A stretch of DNA of 64,000 nt from Lytechinus pictus (lineage: Eukaryota). The notes beneath the pieces were generated by a model. It did not search any database, was not told where the DNA came from, and saw only the letters and a list, made by a program, of their open reading frames with translations. The position numbers and the translations under genes were made by a program. This document shows, one piece after another, positions 13,801 to 28,800 of this stretch (the stretch's first letter is position 1; each line of letters starts with the position of its first letter). The DNA lies in NCBI RefSeq assembly GCF_037042905.1, contig NC_087251.1, positions 2,728,001 through 2,792,000 of the forward strand, given 5' to 3'.

Positions 13801-16800
13801 GAACCAATAATATAATACATTTAATTGCAAATTGGCTCTAAGCAATTGAAAGTGTTTATAATGTTACACAATAATGAGTGTAACAAAAGAAATTGAATTG
13901 TGAATATAAAAGACTTCTTACCAATTCTTCCTTGCCAGTTCATCTCTTGCTCTCTTGACTCCAAATATTCTAGATATGAGGGCACTAAATAGCATCGTGG
14001 CTGAATTACGCACCTTTACAATCAAACAACAGAGATACCACAAGTGATATATTATGTTAAGCTCATGGCTGTTATTCATAGCACTGCACAATTATGTACT
14101 GTAGTAAAAAAGTTCTTACCCATGTCTTGTTTTTTTCATTAAATATTAGGAAGCTCCAGGGGGTTAATTTTGACAGATTCTACAACAACTCGCATATATA
14201 ACATCATTGCATTATTTCAAGCGACAATAACAGGCATTTATATTTTATGCTGGTGGGTCATTAAATGCGATGTAGGGAATACAAGAACAATACCAAAAAC
14301 ACAGAAAAATGAGTCAATTTAAAATATTTGATACACAATGTATTTTGACTAGTAGACCTTCTTGATAAACTATATACAATTTTGTCAGAGGTAAATTTCA
14401 CAAAAATTGATTAATAGATTGATAAGTAAAACATGTTTCTGTACTCGGGTACATTCATACAGACCTGGTTAGTTGAATCATTCAAAGGCTAAAATTTGAT
14501 TAAAAATTGAGCAAATTTATGTATACATACATTTGCATGATATAAAGTTTTCACTTACAGCCCAAAGTTTGGCAGCAAATCCTAAGATAGCAGCTTTGAC
14601 TCCATCACCAATATAAGGTAGAACCTCTTGACCTAATTTGGTATCACGGAATAGAGCTCGCAGAATGTTCAGAGCATGTACCTAGTCAAAATCAATTCCA
14701 TACATATTAAAGTTGCGAACATGAAAGTAAGAAATGAATAAAATTTTGCTTTCAACACAAGGAAAAATTATCTTGAAAAGTTACCTCGAAATTTTCTGCT
14801 ACTGACTGCAGCATTCCTTAGCAATGTGACTTTTCAAGATTTTTTTTCTTGTGTTGAGAGCAAAACTTTAATCAATTGTTACATAATACAGTCGTGGTAA
14901 TAACAAATTAATTCAACAAGAATAATAATAAAAGAACATCCAAGTGTTTGTTTTTATAAACGAAATTATGTGCCAAATAATTTGACAGATAACAAGTATT
15001 TTCTACATACTTTATGGCAAAAAGAGCATTGCCATAATTTATAACATGAAATTGTTGCCATGTGTCCTTATATATTCTTAGCTACTTTTCATCATTCAGA
15101 GTCTTAGAAATTAATTGATTATGAATATGGTCTTTATAAATCCATGCAAATGAAATGATATGGGGCTTATTGTTCCACCATTGCAAAATTTTGAAGAAAA
15201 AAAATATAGGGCAGAATTTGCAGATTTTAAAGTTTAAAACACAATTTTGATAATTTTTTAATAATTGGGCCTACTTGTATATAGGAAGGGAGACTAGAGA
15301 AGCTTTTAAAAATTCACAGACTGCAACATGGATCATCAAGGATCTAAATAAGTGGTGTTCCAGGTTGTAAATCAATATTTTTCTTGCAGTACCGGTGTGG
15401 ATATGATCCCAGCTGGGTATTCATACAGTACAGTATAGTGTCTACATGGATAGACAAGGTTCTCTCCTGGAATATCTCCAGATATCTTGACACAGTTTTT
15501 GTTCAGTTTGTTTTTTATATGATGCTGGATGACCCTAGATTGAAGACCTAGATTGATCCATGAAGGTGCAAAAGTCCCTAAGAAAAGAAATCAGACTCAC
15601 CCGAGCTGTGTGATCCTGAATGTCAGATGGTGGTTGTGCCAATGTTAGCAATGTCGTCATGGTATGATGAAAGAGAGGTTTGGCAACTTCTTTAGGCTCA
15701 GGTAACAGTAGGGCCTGGTAAAGATAACAAAACTGTTCATGATATAACCCAAGTACAGTGTATCTTTTAGGGGACACTTTTTCAGCCTCTCTTTATTCTA
15801 AATGAAATATGAGAAAATTGGCACCTATAGTTTCGCTCTGTTATGCAGGCAAGACAAAAATGTACACAAAAAATTATACTGAAAATGATGAGTTGTACCA
15901 CAAGCAACTGGTAATTTAAGTGTAATATAGCAACACTTTATAACTTTGTGAATCCCTCCAATGAAAACCAATAACCATGAGCTTACCTGAATAGCAAATG
16001 GGATTCCAGCACTTCGTCTTGTTGCACATAACATAGATTGGTTGCTTGTGATCTCTTGAAGCAATTCTGACAACCATTGTTGCGGAAGACCATCAATACT
16101 GCTTGGTTCACTGAAAACAAACCAGCAATTTCTGCTATGATAATTTATCTTTCCTGTGCTTTAACATCTTAATTTGTTTTTTATAAAAATGTAGAACAGA
16201 GCTAAATATCAAAGCATATCTCTAGCTTTGGCAAAGGTTCAATATTGTGAGTTATATTGGACTTTTATACTCACTTTCTAACCTATATGCAAAAAAAAAA
16301 AAGATGAGTAGAAGATTTGCACCATTTCTTATAATTAGTTTTTTTTTCCAGGGTGTCAGTAACTTTATCTATTTGTCTAGGATTCTTCAAAATCAGAATC
16401 AATGATTCAGATGATTTGGGTACTAATATGATTTTAATTTTGATCTTTATGGTCAGACAAGAATGGTCAGAGAATTGTAAGCTAAGTGGACAATTATTCA
16501 TTAAGATATCTTGATATTGTGATACTGGTACCACCATATCACATGCCGCTTCAATAAGCCATCCAAGAATTTTTTCTTTTTTTTAAATGCACAATGGATA
16601 GCAAACCTTGATTATTTGTCACTTTTTTAAATAGTTAGTAACCTACCTCCATATCCTAGAAGTAAGTTGAATGAAACCAGCATAAGCTAATTCAAATGCT
16701 CCTCTGTGCTTAGATTCTCTAAGTAGCTTCATAAAGAAAGTCCCAATAGATTCCATCTGAATCACAAAAAAACAAAGACATATTAAACACAGAAAAAAAG

Positions 16801-19800
16801 ATAAAGAATGTTGATCTTCATAAACACTTAACAAGCTCTTTGAACTTAAAATATTTTGATGTCTCCAAAATATCAATGGGATCTTTTCTGTAAGTTTACA
16901 GGCAGCATATTTTATTATCAATTTATAATAAAAATGTATTCAGGGGCCAATGAATTAAGACGCAGATAGGTCAGTAACAGTAACTTTAAGGATTGGATTT
17001 GAGTTACTGGATTGAAAGTCAAGGGTGTTTGATGTGTATAATATGACTATTTCTCACCTGTGCACTAGTGATAAGGCCTTCACTATCACCATCCTCCATG
17101 GGTGTTCTTTGACTTAGTTCACCAAGGAGTAAAGACACCTCCTTCATACTCCTCCAACAACAGACAAGAATCATCTGAGGAGTCACATGGAATGTCTCCA
17201 GTTTACTGCTTGTTCCATCCTCTTCCACTGAAAGACATTCTTCATCAATCACTACAAGAAGACAATTGATGACATTATTAACCCATCTAGGCACTTTCTA
17301 CTATAAAAGAAACGTTCACACTTCCTCTTCATCTTTAAATGGTGAGAGAAACCCATATTGTAAAATATATCCAATGCAGTATGATATGTCATTCCTTCAT
17401 AAAAGTGGTTTCACTGAAGCTTATCTTTATGCACCCTAAGTTTGCAATCCAATGAATGAGATAGAATCCTGGTTAACATATGCATATTGGCAACTTTTTA
17501 ATGTATTATTCAATTTTTTTTGTTCAATTTTACGTAAGTCATATCAATATTTGACTTCTTTTTTTTCAAACAATGTAACCAGGTAATTTTTTTATATTAA
17601 TTGCCCACTTGAAAGCAGGTTTTACCTCTAAGGGTGAATATATTGACCTAATGCATTCTATCTGCTTTGTTGAGAAACCATCAGAGTTAGTATTTATTTC
17701 ATTTTGGATATAAATATATTCCCAACTGATTAAAAAACAACTATATTCTAGCTAGTGAACCCCATCCCTTTTTCCCTTGATGTATCATTCCAAATAAGTA
17801 AAAAATCATTTTGCATTGAGGTCAGTCACACAGATCTGGCCTAATCCTCTTCAAACAATCATGTAATATTTACAATTATGAAAAAAATAGAAAATGATTT
17901 GTCTGGACCATTGTACCTTGTTTCTGTTCTGATGGAATGAATCCCTCGGGAGAAGAGTTGCATACCACTTTGGCAGCCACTTCAGCAACATCGAAACAAA
18001 GCTGAATGAATCTTGTAATGATACACTTCCATGCATCAGCCATTTGCACCATTCTATATTAAATAGACCATCATATGTTATTATACTTGAAGGTACATCA
18101 TTGATTTCAAAGAGCATCATGAATTATGTTGCTTTCATGTTAGGAGCTATGCAAGTTGAAACATCGAATTTTCTCAAAATTGAAATTGTGTACTGTGAAA
18201 TGAGAATTTATTGTGGACTGTAAATGGTCACTTACATAGCATGAATATTTTGCCCGGCAGAATATCAATTTCAATTGTGAAAATTGCAAGTGCACAACTA
18301 TTTCATACCATTTTATATATAAGGAAGAGCTATCTTTCTCTTTCTCTCTCTATCTCACCTAAGATCTGTGTCTCTTAGCAGAATCCTCAAACAATGCAAC
18401 AATCCATACATAGGGCCCTGTACTGCAGCCTCTAATAGACTCTCTCCAGCCACTTCTACCTGTCCTTCAAGAGTATCACATATGTTCTGAATAACACAGA
18501 TTGTGTTGGATTCTATGGAACTCCTAACATCAAGTCTAGCTTGGGGTTGGTTCTCTTTTGCCTCTACATTGCTGGTTTTTGATAGACTGGTATGGAGCCT
18601 AGGTTGGGTCTGTCTGATGAGAAGTCTGAAGACAAAGGCTGCTGTTTCACAGTTGTAAGGTTTGTTGCTGACAGCAAGATTGTATGCAACTCTGTAGCAA
18701 TCTTCAAGCTCTTGAGCATCCTGTTACAGGTGATAGAACAACAATTCAAAACTTAAAACAAACATGAAATCATGCAATGCACATCTTAGAGCAGGGGTTC
18801 TCAAACTTTTTCTTTGAAGGGCCAGATGTGACTCGAAATAAACCTGAAAGGGCCAGGTGAAGTGGAAAGCAAAGACCCTTGCGGCCGTGGTCCTAGACGC
18901 TCTCTGGTGCAATCTGGCCCTTATTTTGAGAGAATTTAATCCAACAAATTTATAAAAGTTTCATATGAAACACAGGCAAAATTAGAAATGATTTCAAAAT
19001 ACATTGAGAGTGAATTAATATTAATGACAACAAAATTTTAGTACTTTGTTAAAAGGAATCCGGTAGCTGGAATTGAAGAGACAGATAATGTTTTGTAGTA
19101 GGCCTATCGATAATTTTTGTAGTCAAAGTAGATTGGCCAACACATTTGCCTTTTGCTCGATTGCAGCAAAATGAATACTTGTCTGTCGATTCTTCATGGA
19201 AAACACGATTTCCAGCATCCACCTTTCTTTTTCTTTGCAGAATTTGATGCCATCTTGACCTGGCTAACAATTAATGATGACTAATGTACCCCTGAAAAAA
19301 AAATCCGCACTAATTGATCGCGTGTTGGAATGTGTGCGCACATGTTTTCAAATGCAACGTGATATCAACGTTTGACGTGTGAAACTACTTTTTTTTCAAT
19401 GTAGCGCCACGCTGGTATCATCTAATAAGAAAGTAGAACAGATAGAAAAGACTCCACTAAACTTTGTTTAAAAGTCAAATTAATTTGACTGCCATTACTT
19501 TTATTACTGTTTCATTGATACACAATGTAATCATATTGAGCTATAAATTATGTTTCATATTGTGACTTAAAGTGATTTAAAAGAAACAGAGTCTCGCGGG
19601 CCGGATAGAGAAGCTCCGAGGGCCGGATTCGGGCCGCGGCCGTAGTTTGAGAACCCCTGTCTTAGAGTATGTGAAAGTCTACATTTTGATTATTATAATG
19701 ATTATCCCCTTAATAAAATTGATCTGAATATTATGTCATCAACAACAGCATAATTTAGATCAGTGAGATAAGTTCACATCCCTGTAGTAGTGCTGCAATA

Positions 19801-22800
19801 GCTCTTTGCATGTGTAATTTATTCATTTTAGTACTCATGGAAGATTGAAATTATTAAACTTTAATCACTGAACTCATTTTCATTTACCTGTAATCCAAGA
19901 ATGTCTGGTGGAAGACTAGCTAAGAGGTCAAAGGCCATGATCCTATTGCTCTCATAGTTATCCATTAGTCTCATCACAAGGAGATTAACTCTTTTTCTAC
20001 ACCATAACAATGATATGTCAAACAGACCTGAAAAAACATGAAGATAATTGTTTTATTTGATCATTAAAATGAACAACACAAAAGGATGAAGAAGTCACGT
20101 TTGAACTTAATAATGCAACACATATGGAGAGTATATCAAACACAATTACATAAATCAAGGAGCTTCCTTGCATAAATATAGGCAATTTGTAAAATTTGCT
20201 CAATGATACTTTTTATTGCAATCCACAACTGTTATCTAAATGAACTTCTACAATCAAGTGAAGTGAAAGCAAAGTGTTTCAACTTTTCCCTAACTGAAGG
20301 CAAATCTTTAAGAAAAGCTCAAATGACCTCTGATTTCTGGGTAAGATGTCTCTATCCCAACGTCCAAACTACATTTAAATCTCCTCTGCTATAAGCATCA
20401 CCTAAGACTGGTTGCTATAAAGATGAGTAAAGCATTGTGAAACAGTAATCAAAAAGTCTATTCAAATACTTAATAAGTGATAACAAAAGAGGCGATGGAT
20501 ATAACATACCGGTAATTCAGCAGTCAATACATTAAACTGTTGCCTACTGGAACCCCTGAATACAACCTATAGGTTTCACCCATTGCCTATTGGAAGTGGG
20601 TTGTCCCTGTACAATGCCTAGGTGGAAATCTGATGTGTAATGTAAGGATTAAAGGGGAATCCAGCCTTGGCCATTAAATGTTGTGTTGGGAAGGAGAAAA
20701 ATAAATTAAACAGAATGGTGAAAGTCTGAAAGAAATCGGACAAGCAATAAGAAAGTTATAGCTGATTTAAAATTGAGATCACTAATACTATGTAGATTTC
20801 AAATTGGCAACTGGGTAAGTAAATTATGACAAGGGGCAAGGAAAACTTTCCCATAGGCCATGTACTTTATTATCAGGGATTTGTGGTTTTCTCCTAAGTA
20901 CCCATTTCCCTGGGGCAGTAATCTAAATATAACCCAGGTAGTATATTGTTTGATGTCCTCATGAAAGAAAAATATAATTTGAAATAAAACTTTTGGGAAA
21001 AAGGAAATTTTAGCCATAATATGTATTGGAGTACATGGAAGAGTAGTCCTTGCCTTACATCACTATGACATCCCATATGCGGCCAATTTGAAGTCTTCAT
21101 GGGTATAGTGATTACCAATATTTACAACTTTTAAAAATTCATAACTTTCTTGTTGTTTGTCCAATATTGTTCAAACTTTCACCTATCAACTTGTCTGATT
21201 TTTCTTTTCCTTATAAAAACAAGTTTTTATTTGGGTTGGATTCCCCTTTAAGGATGCTCACCACTGCTTGACCCATTAAAGGTTGAATGGATAGCTGTTA
21301 AGATTTGAAGTGAGGTAGCTCGACATGGGTAACCAAATCCTGGACTCAGATTGTCAAACATCAATGAACACAACCATTCAAGGAATTCCTACAATCAGGA
21401 AAGATAAAAAAAAAAGGAAGATTCACATGAGAGCAAATCTAAGAATCCCTAATCATTAACAGGTATGTAGTCAAGGCCAGTCTTGAGGCTACATTCTGCT
21501 AGCCTTGGGCCAAGGTTGCCTGAGGTAACCAAAGATCTGTTATATACAGGATTTATTGAGGATAAGATGACATCATGGCGATCTATACATGCTTCACTAT
21601 TGCCTCATGATTTTCTTCTTAAAGAAACAGTGAATTGTGGGATCATATTTGAGAACTTGAAAAATATCTGAAAGAAATATAGACATTTTAGAAAAGGAGA
21701 CACCTACTTTATACTTGATATGCAATCCTGAAGAATTATCATTGGAATTTCCGGCTCTCTGGGACTTCATTAAAAGAATTCTTCCACTTTCCCTCAAGCG
21801 AACAAGAAGCTGCAAGAAAAACAGATCAAAGCTATCCAGATTGACAGGATCATAGAACATCAAAGAATACTTTTGAGGGGGCACTGTCAAAACCATTCTC
21901 TGAGGTGATTGTGAAGGGATAATTTAATTGCAGACAACATGCAAAATGATTTTTATTTCTTCATTTGTAGTAAATCCCATAAAAAATTCTTTCCTTTCTG
22001 GTGAGAACAATTTGCTCATTTGTTACTCAGAGAGGGGCAATAATAATAACAATAATAACTACAGTAATAAATGGATTTATTTAACACCGTTTCAGAGGAT
22101 ACAAAGTGTTGTTGAAGGCATAAAAGCAATAAGATTTATCATAAAGGTGTGTTTCAAATTTTTTTTTTAGTGTTGTGTAAAATTGGAGGGAATTCATTCC
22201 AAAGTGGGCCATGAAATTTAAAGGAATTAAATTGGAAGGAACAGATGTAGAATGAAGATAGTATGCTGTTATCATTAGTTTACTTTTTTTTATAACACCT
22301 AAAAATAACACATCATAAATAATATTTTATCTGTTCATTAATTAATCATGGCAGGTTATTTCTATATTATGGAGGGGGGGGGGGGCAATCCAGAGGGGGT
22401 TACCATGTATTCATGACAATTGACTTACTTTCTTAATATGACTGATAAACTGTTGCCTGAATGATGGAGAGGAATTGTTGAGATTGAGAGCAAGAGCAAA
22501 GATAAGAAGTGAAAGATCCATCTGTGAGACGTCTTCCGTTGTTTTGTTAGAGTCACATAGTAGACCAATGGTATCAATACGAATCTGAAAGATAACAAGC
22601 ACTATATCAATAATCTTGTAATTATTCTCCTTATTCAGAGTTATCAATGGATGCTAAATTCTCCACCAACTGTAACTATATTGTAACATGGCAACATTTA
22701 CGGACAGTGATTTTCCGTTTTATCGGTAAACAAAATGGAAATTCTGTTTGGTTCTTATACTTTTCATGTATATATTCATGGAATTCACCTTTGCACAAAC

Positions 22801-25800
22801 AGAATTCAGGTTTTTGCTGTGTACATTTTCAGTGACAAAACAGAATTTCCATTTTTAGATCAAGTTGAAACTGAATTACAGATTTTCAGAAACGGAAAAG
22901 ACAATTTTTTTAAACTAAAAAAATCACTGTCTCTAAACATTGCTCAACCGCGAATTGTAATCAAGGTTTCCATAAAGATATCAAAGTTCACCCTTTCTTA
23001 TTGGAGGGGATTGGAAATTGGCCCAATTAAAATAACATAGTTGCCATGGTAATTGATAAAAGGAAAAAATAGTAGCAAACCCAACACCACTTCATACTGA
23101 TAAAAAATAAGAATATGAATACGGGATATTATAATTTGTATAGTAATATACCAACATATAATGTCATAAAATAATATTCATGATTTTGTAATGAGTATGA
23201 ATAGCCATATACCTGATGAGTGGAGTGGCTCACAGCCTGATAGAGAAGTCTAACCGGAACAAAGCCCTTCCATACTCTTGATTTCTCATCTTCCATTTCT
23301 TTCAAATCTGATTTATCTTTTTTCTTCTGCTCTTCTTCACCCAAGGTCTTGTTTCGTTTCTTCTTCTTTGTGTTATCTGCACCCTGAACACTCCTGAGCA
23401 AACCCAGTGATCTAGCCATCTTCAGACAAGACAGAAGAGCCCCTAATCTCCCACCATCAGAGGGTGATCTACTTGGCTGGAAGGCATCACTGGTAGGTTG
23501 GTCTTCTTCCCTTCTTGAAGCAGAAGAAGAATCCTCACAGCTCAGGTGTTGTATGATGAATTCAAGGCTTGTTGGATGACATTTCAGTAGCTTGGGGATC
23601 AGATACTGTATCAAATTAAATTTACAAAATAAGAAAATATGAAATAATAAAGACCCTTATATTTATGTTTAATGGTTCAACAGTACAATTAAAAACAGTG
23701 ATCATTTAATATGAGGACTGATTTTATTCGTTAAAAAATTAAAATAATTAATTATGATTATATTTACTTTGATACATATCACCTAACACCTCTCTTATCA
23801 GAAGCCTCTAAGTGCTCTAAATTAAATGAAACATATTAATCTGGCTTTTTCAATAAATATAAATCAATTCATTGTCTTAAATACATTCATCCAATCAATC
23901 AATTCGAAAGTAGTACAGACAAATTATAATCATAAATTCTAGGATCATTACTTGGATAATTATACCATAATATAATGTTTTAAAATGTAAGCAGCCATTT
24001 TTCTTCATTAATGCAAAGTTTAAATGAAATCCTGAGTTGAATCCATGACAAGAAAGTAAATATCTTTCAGATTTTGAAGTTGAATAATACTCACATCAAT
24101 AATAAATCCTTTTTGTTTGTTTGGTTTGGTTTGGTCACTCAATACATCTAGGATTGGTATAATCCAAGTTTCATTCCACATGATTGAAACATTACCCTTC
24201 ATCTGTTCCAATTCTTTCTTGTGTTGGTTGAAGAGTTTCTCTATTACTTCACATGACTGAAAGGAAAATATGACTCTTTGACGCATCTCTGACCATCAAT
24301 GCCCTTGAGTTCACTTTCAAGTGACAGCTTTGTCAAATATCGAGGCTTCAACATTTGCATAACAATGTTCAGAAAAAAAATGAATACTGTAATGAAAGCT
24401 GATTAATTTCAGCCCTGGATTAAGGAAATTATCAATCTTTTGGCTTCAAAGAACGTATGTTTCTGACCCAAATAGATGTTGTGAGAGGATACATTAAACA
24501 AACAAATGAACATGGGGAAAATGAAATGACAATTTAGCCAGTTCGTAGAAATAAATAAAATGTGAACATGTGCAAGTATATGTAATATGAAACAAAAACC
24601 TAAAACTCACAAACATGCAACCCCTGACATAGCAACACTATTTCAATTCAACTTCATAATAAACATCAAGCTTCAATAAATCAAGCAAATAGAATAAGTA
24701 CTCTCCACATGTCTGTGACTGAAGTGTGTATGCATAGATTGGAATACTGTACTGTAGCGGTCTATTGTTCATTCATGACATATTTATGATATCAAGAGGA
24801 AGAATTCATTTTTCAAAAGGGAATTTTAGGTCAAAATGGGACATCTCTGTTACTTCGTGATCGTCTGCTCTAAGCTGACAAATGACTTCTCCATGTTTAA
24901 AAATGTCTGTAGATATGAGATGATTTGAATGATGATGATGATAATGAAACTTACATGTGTTGCCATGGCATGTTCACTCATCACTGTCAGAAGTTGTTGA
25001 AGAATACCAGGATAAAGGTTGATAACATGAGATGCTCCTACAACCTCAACCATACATCCTAACACTCCATACTTTCCTCTTGTATGCCAGTCACTGTTTA
25101 CTAGTGTGGATAGTATGTCTAGTGTGAAAGGGTCCTGGTGTGCAGCAACTGTTATAAACCAAGAAAACAGCTCTCAATTTAATTTCATTAGAGATCACTT
25201 ATGTTTATAGCTCCAGTTGCAAGAGGAGTACAATTACAAATACAGATTGATTCTTGACTGCATGAAGTCAAAATTTATGTACCTTGCTTCTAAAATTGTC
25301 AAGATGATAATTACTGTGTCTTGTAACCTTTGACATGAAATCCATTCAGATGTAACTAGATAATACATCCAGTGATATTAAGTCATGTTTCAGCTCTCTA
25401 TTTTGGCAATAACGTTTTCTTACTCTCCTGAAATTTCTTTTTTAATATATTGCCCAAGCATCAATATGACTGGCAAAGAACACTTCAATTTTCTTTCATT
25501 TTTATGATACAAATGAGAGAAGGGAGACCATACATATACATGTATGACTTCCATTGGTATTGTATTTATATAAGGACAATAAACAGATTGATAGCACTAT
25601 CAATCAAAATTGGCAATAATGAGTGAATCTTACTGCCTTCAAGAGACTTGACATGTAGCTTCATCACACCTTCAAATATTGCTTTGGTCTGATGACGGAT
25701 ACCCTGTGAAAAGACACAAAATATTAACAACTGAGCTGCAAATAATGAGAGAATTCAGAAGTCAACAGGTTAATCCATTGACTATTTGAACCATTAGAAC

Positions 25801-28800
25801 TATGGGAATTACAGAATTCAGTGTCAACAAGTTAAACGTTACCCACTGGATATGATAGTCCCTGTATAAAACCTTTCTCACAACAAGTTAAACATTACCC
25901 ACTGGATAGGATAGTCCCTGTATAAAACCTTTCTCACAACAAGTTAAACGTTACCCACTGGATATGATAGTCCCTGTATAAAACCTTTCTCACAACAAGT
26001 TAAACGTTACCCACTGGATATGATAGTCCCTGTATAAAACCTTTCTCACAACAAGTTAAATGTTACCTACTGGATAGGATAGTCCCTGTAAAAAACCTTT
26101 CTCACTATCACCCAATCATATTATTCTTTCATCTCCCTCTCTCCTTTATCTATCATCTCTTCTCAAACCCTTACTAATCCAAGAGGTGTTTTATAAAGAC
26201 AAAAGTCTAACTTGAAGTCATTCTCAAGTGCTGTAATCTCATCAATAATCACATTGTAGAATGCGTCTCCAAGTGTAATCTGACCAATTCAGTGATATGT
26301 TATTATATCATACACAGCTGGAAATTGAAATGCCATTTTTTTGTGAAATAAACACAAGGGCCCGTATTCTGAAGTCGGGTTTAAGTATGGATGGCCAATT
26401 GTTACATAAATCACTAACAGTAGAGATATCATATTTCAGCTCATTTGGCTCTTAAATCATTCATGATTATCTAGGAAGTATAAATAGATGATTGTTTTCA
26501 CCATCGATGAATCAGGAAAGAGAAGAGTAAACATAAGAAACGTACAACTTGATAAAAATTTTGATACTTTTGGCTTCCCATACTTAAACCACAACTTTAA
26601 ACCTGAGTTTAAGTTAAACCCGACTTCAGAATACAGGCCAAGGAAACTGATTTTTATATAAGTCATACATATTTAAAACTAATTAACAACTTACATCTAT
26701 CGGATGGTCCCAATGGGTCATTACATACATGAGGAGCTTCTGAGGAATAGGTGATGGACCAGAGAGTGTACTCATTAAATGCGTTGATTCTACCGCATTC
26801 GCTGTTACCTCTACCCATTGACACAGCGTCCTGGCTGCTGCTAATGATGAACTAGAATTAGCAAGGCTGCATAGGAAAAGCAAATGAAATATAATGGAAG
26901 ATATACAGTCAATTCCTTCAAGTAGAATTAGTACTTTTCAAAATCTTAAACATATGGATAATGAAGATAAGTTTAGATAAAGAATACTGAAATATTTTGA
27001 TAAAGTAATTGAAGATGTTGTTAACATTTAACTTTTTACCATCTTACATCTACCATTTAATTTTTGACCTTGATCTATTCTAATGATTATAAGACAGAAG
27101 CTATTTCATTTTATATTCTTCAAACTAAAAATGTTACTGCCTAATAAGTAAATGAAGCGATATATTGCCCATTATTACAACATGGTGTTCAGCATTTAAC
27201 TGTGTGCTATCTTTAAAGGGGAAGTTCACCCTGACCAAAAGTCTATTGTAAAAATAGCAGAAAAATTAATTAAAAATATTGCTGAAGGTTTGAGAAAAAT
27301 CCATCAAAGAATAAAAAAGTTATTAGAATTTCAATTATTTGATTTGTGACGTCATATGCAAGCAGCCTTCCTTCATATCACATGGTAAAAATCAATGGAA
27401 TGTCATTTTTACTGTACTTTCAGTATATCAATAGACAAATCATTCTAAACACGTTCTTAAACAGAAAACAAAAAAGTCATCATGAACCATTAAAAAATTG
27501 AAATTTATGCTTTTTATATTAAATAACATATGGGGCAGCTGCTTGTTTGTAACGTCACAAATCCAAATCTAAAATTCTAATATCTTTCTTAATCTCTTAA
27601 AATTCAAATATCTTTCTTAAGGTCAAGTCCACCTTGGAGAAATATTGATTTGAATCAATAGAGAAAAATCACATAAGCATAATGATGAAAATTTGATCAA
27701 AATTGGATGTAAAATAAGAAAGTTATGACATTTTAAAGTTTCGCTTATTTTTCACAAAATAGTTATATGCAAAATTTAGTCACATGCAAATGAGAGAATC
27801 AATGATGTCCTTCACTATTTCTTTTGGTTTTTATTGTTTGAATTATACAATATTTCAATTTTTACAGATTTGACAATAAGGACCACCTTGAGTGAACCAT
27901 GAAATGTTGAACATTGGTAATTCCACGTGTTCAGGGAGAAATAAAACTTTGTTTCACACTACATGTGAAGAGAAAATTAGAAAATTTCATATTTCATACA
28001 ATAATAATATCCAATTTTTATAAAGCGCTTTTCCCAGAATGGCTCAAAGCGCGTTACAGCATATTATTACCCCGGTCATTGGATTCATTTCAATCCCGCA
28101 CGAAAAGTGCACAATTTCCACTCCCTGGGGAGCATTCCTTGCATTCATCGCAGCCTCATTATGGCGCTGGCAAAATCAAACATACAATATCTTTCGCATC
28201 CTACCGGGTACCCATTTAGCACCTGGGTCGAGAGTGGCAAAGTGTGGATTAACGCCTTGCCAAAGGACGCTAGACCGCGGTGGGATTCGAACACACGACC
28301 CTCTGTTTACAAGGCGAGAGTCAGAACCACTACACCACGGCTCTTCCACTCACAATAAAATACAAAAGAAATAGTGATGTCATCAGTTCCTCATTTGCAT
28401 ACTGACCGGGATATGCATATAACTGTTTTGTGAAATTAAGCGAAAATTTAAAATGTCATAACTTTCTCATTTTACATCAGATTTTTGTTATGCATGTTGG
28501 ATTTTTCTCTTTTTATTCAAATCAACTTTTTGTTGGAGTGGACTTGTCCTTCAATTAATCTTTGGTGGATTTTCCTCAAACCTTCACAAATATTTTTTAT
28601 TATTTTTCTGCTATTTTACAACAAACTTTTCTTCAGGGTGAACTTCCCCTTTAAATAGAAACAAGTTCATTGCACTGTATACTGTCTTGGGTAAGTGTTG
28701 GTCCTCAAAAGGACCATCCAAACTTTGGTCCTTTTCAGGACCAACACTTGCTCAAGAATGATACATGAAAGATACATGGTGTACTGTGAAACCTACTACA

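Larger units (their letters stand above)
27217..28650. mobile_element. Kolobok-like MITE (outer element of a nest)
   Basis: TTAA TSD, TIRs AGGGGAAGTTCACCCTGA. Confidence 0.85.

Noticed and set aside
28270-28347. tRNA gene (also 6044-6115 and 49800-49870)
   Set aside because: These heads continue into SINE bodies and lack a clean acceptor stem.
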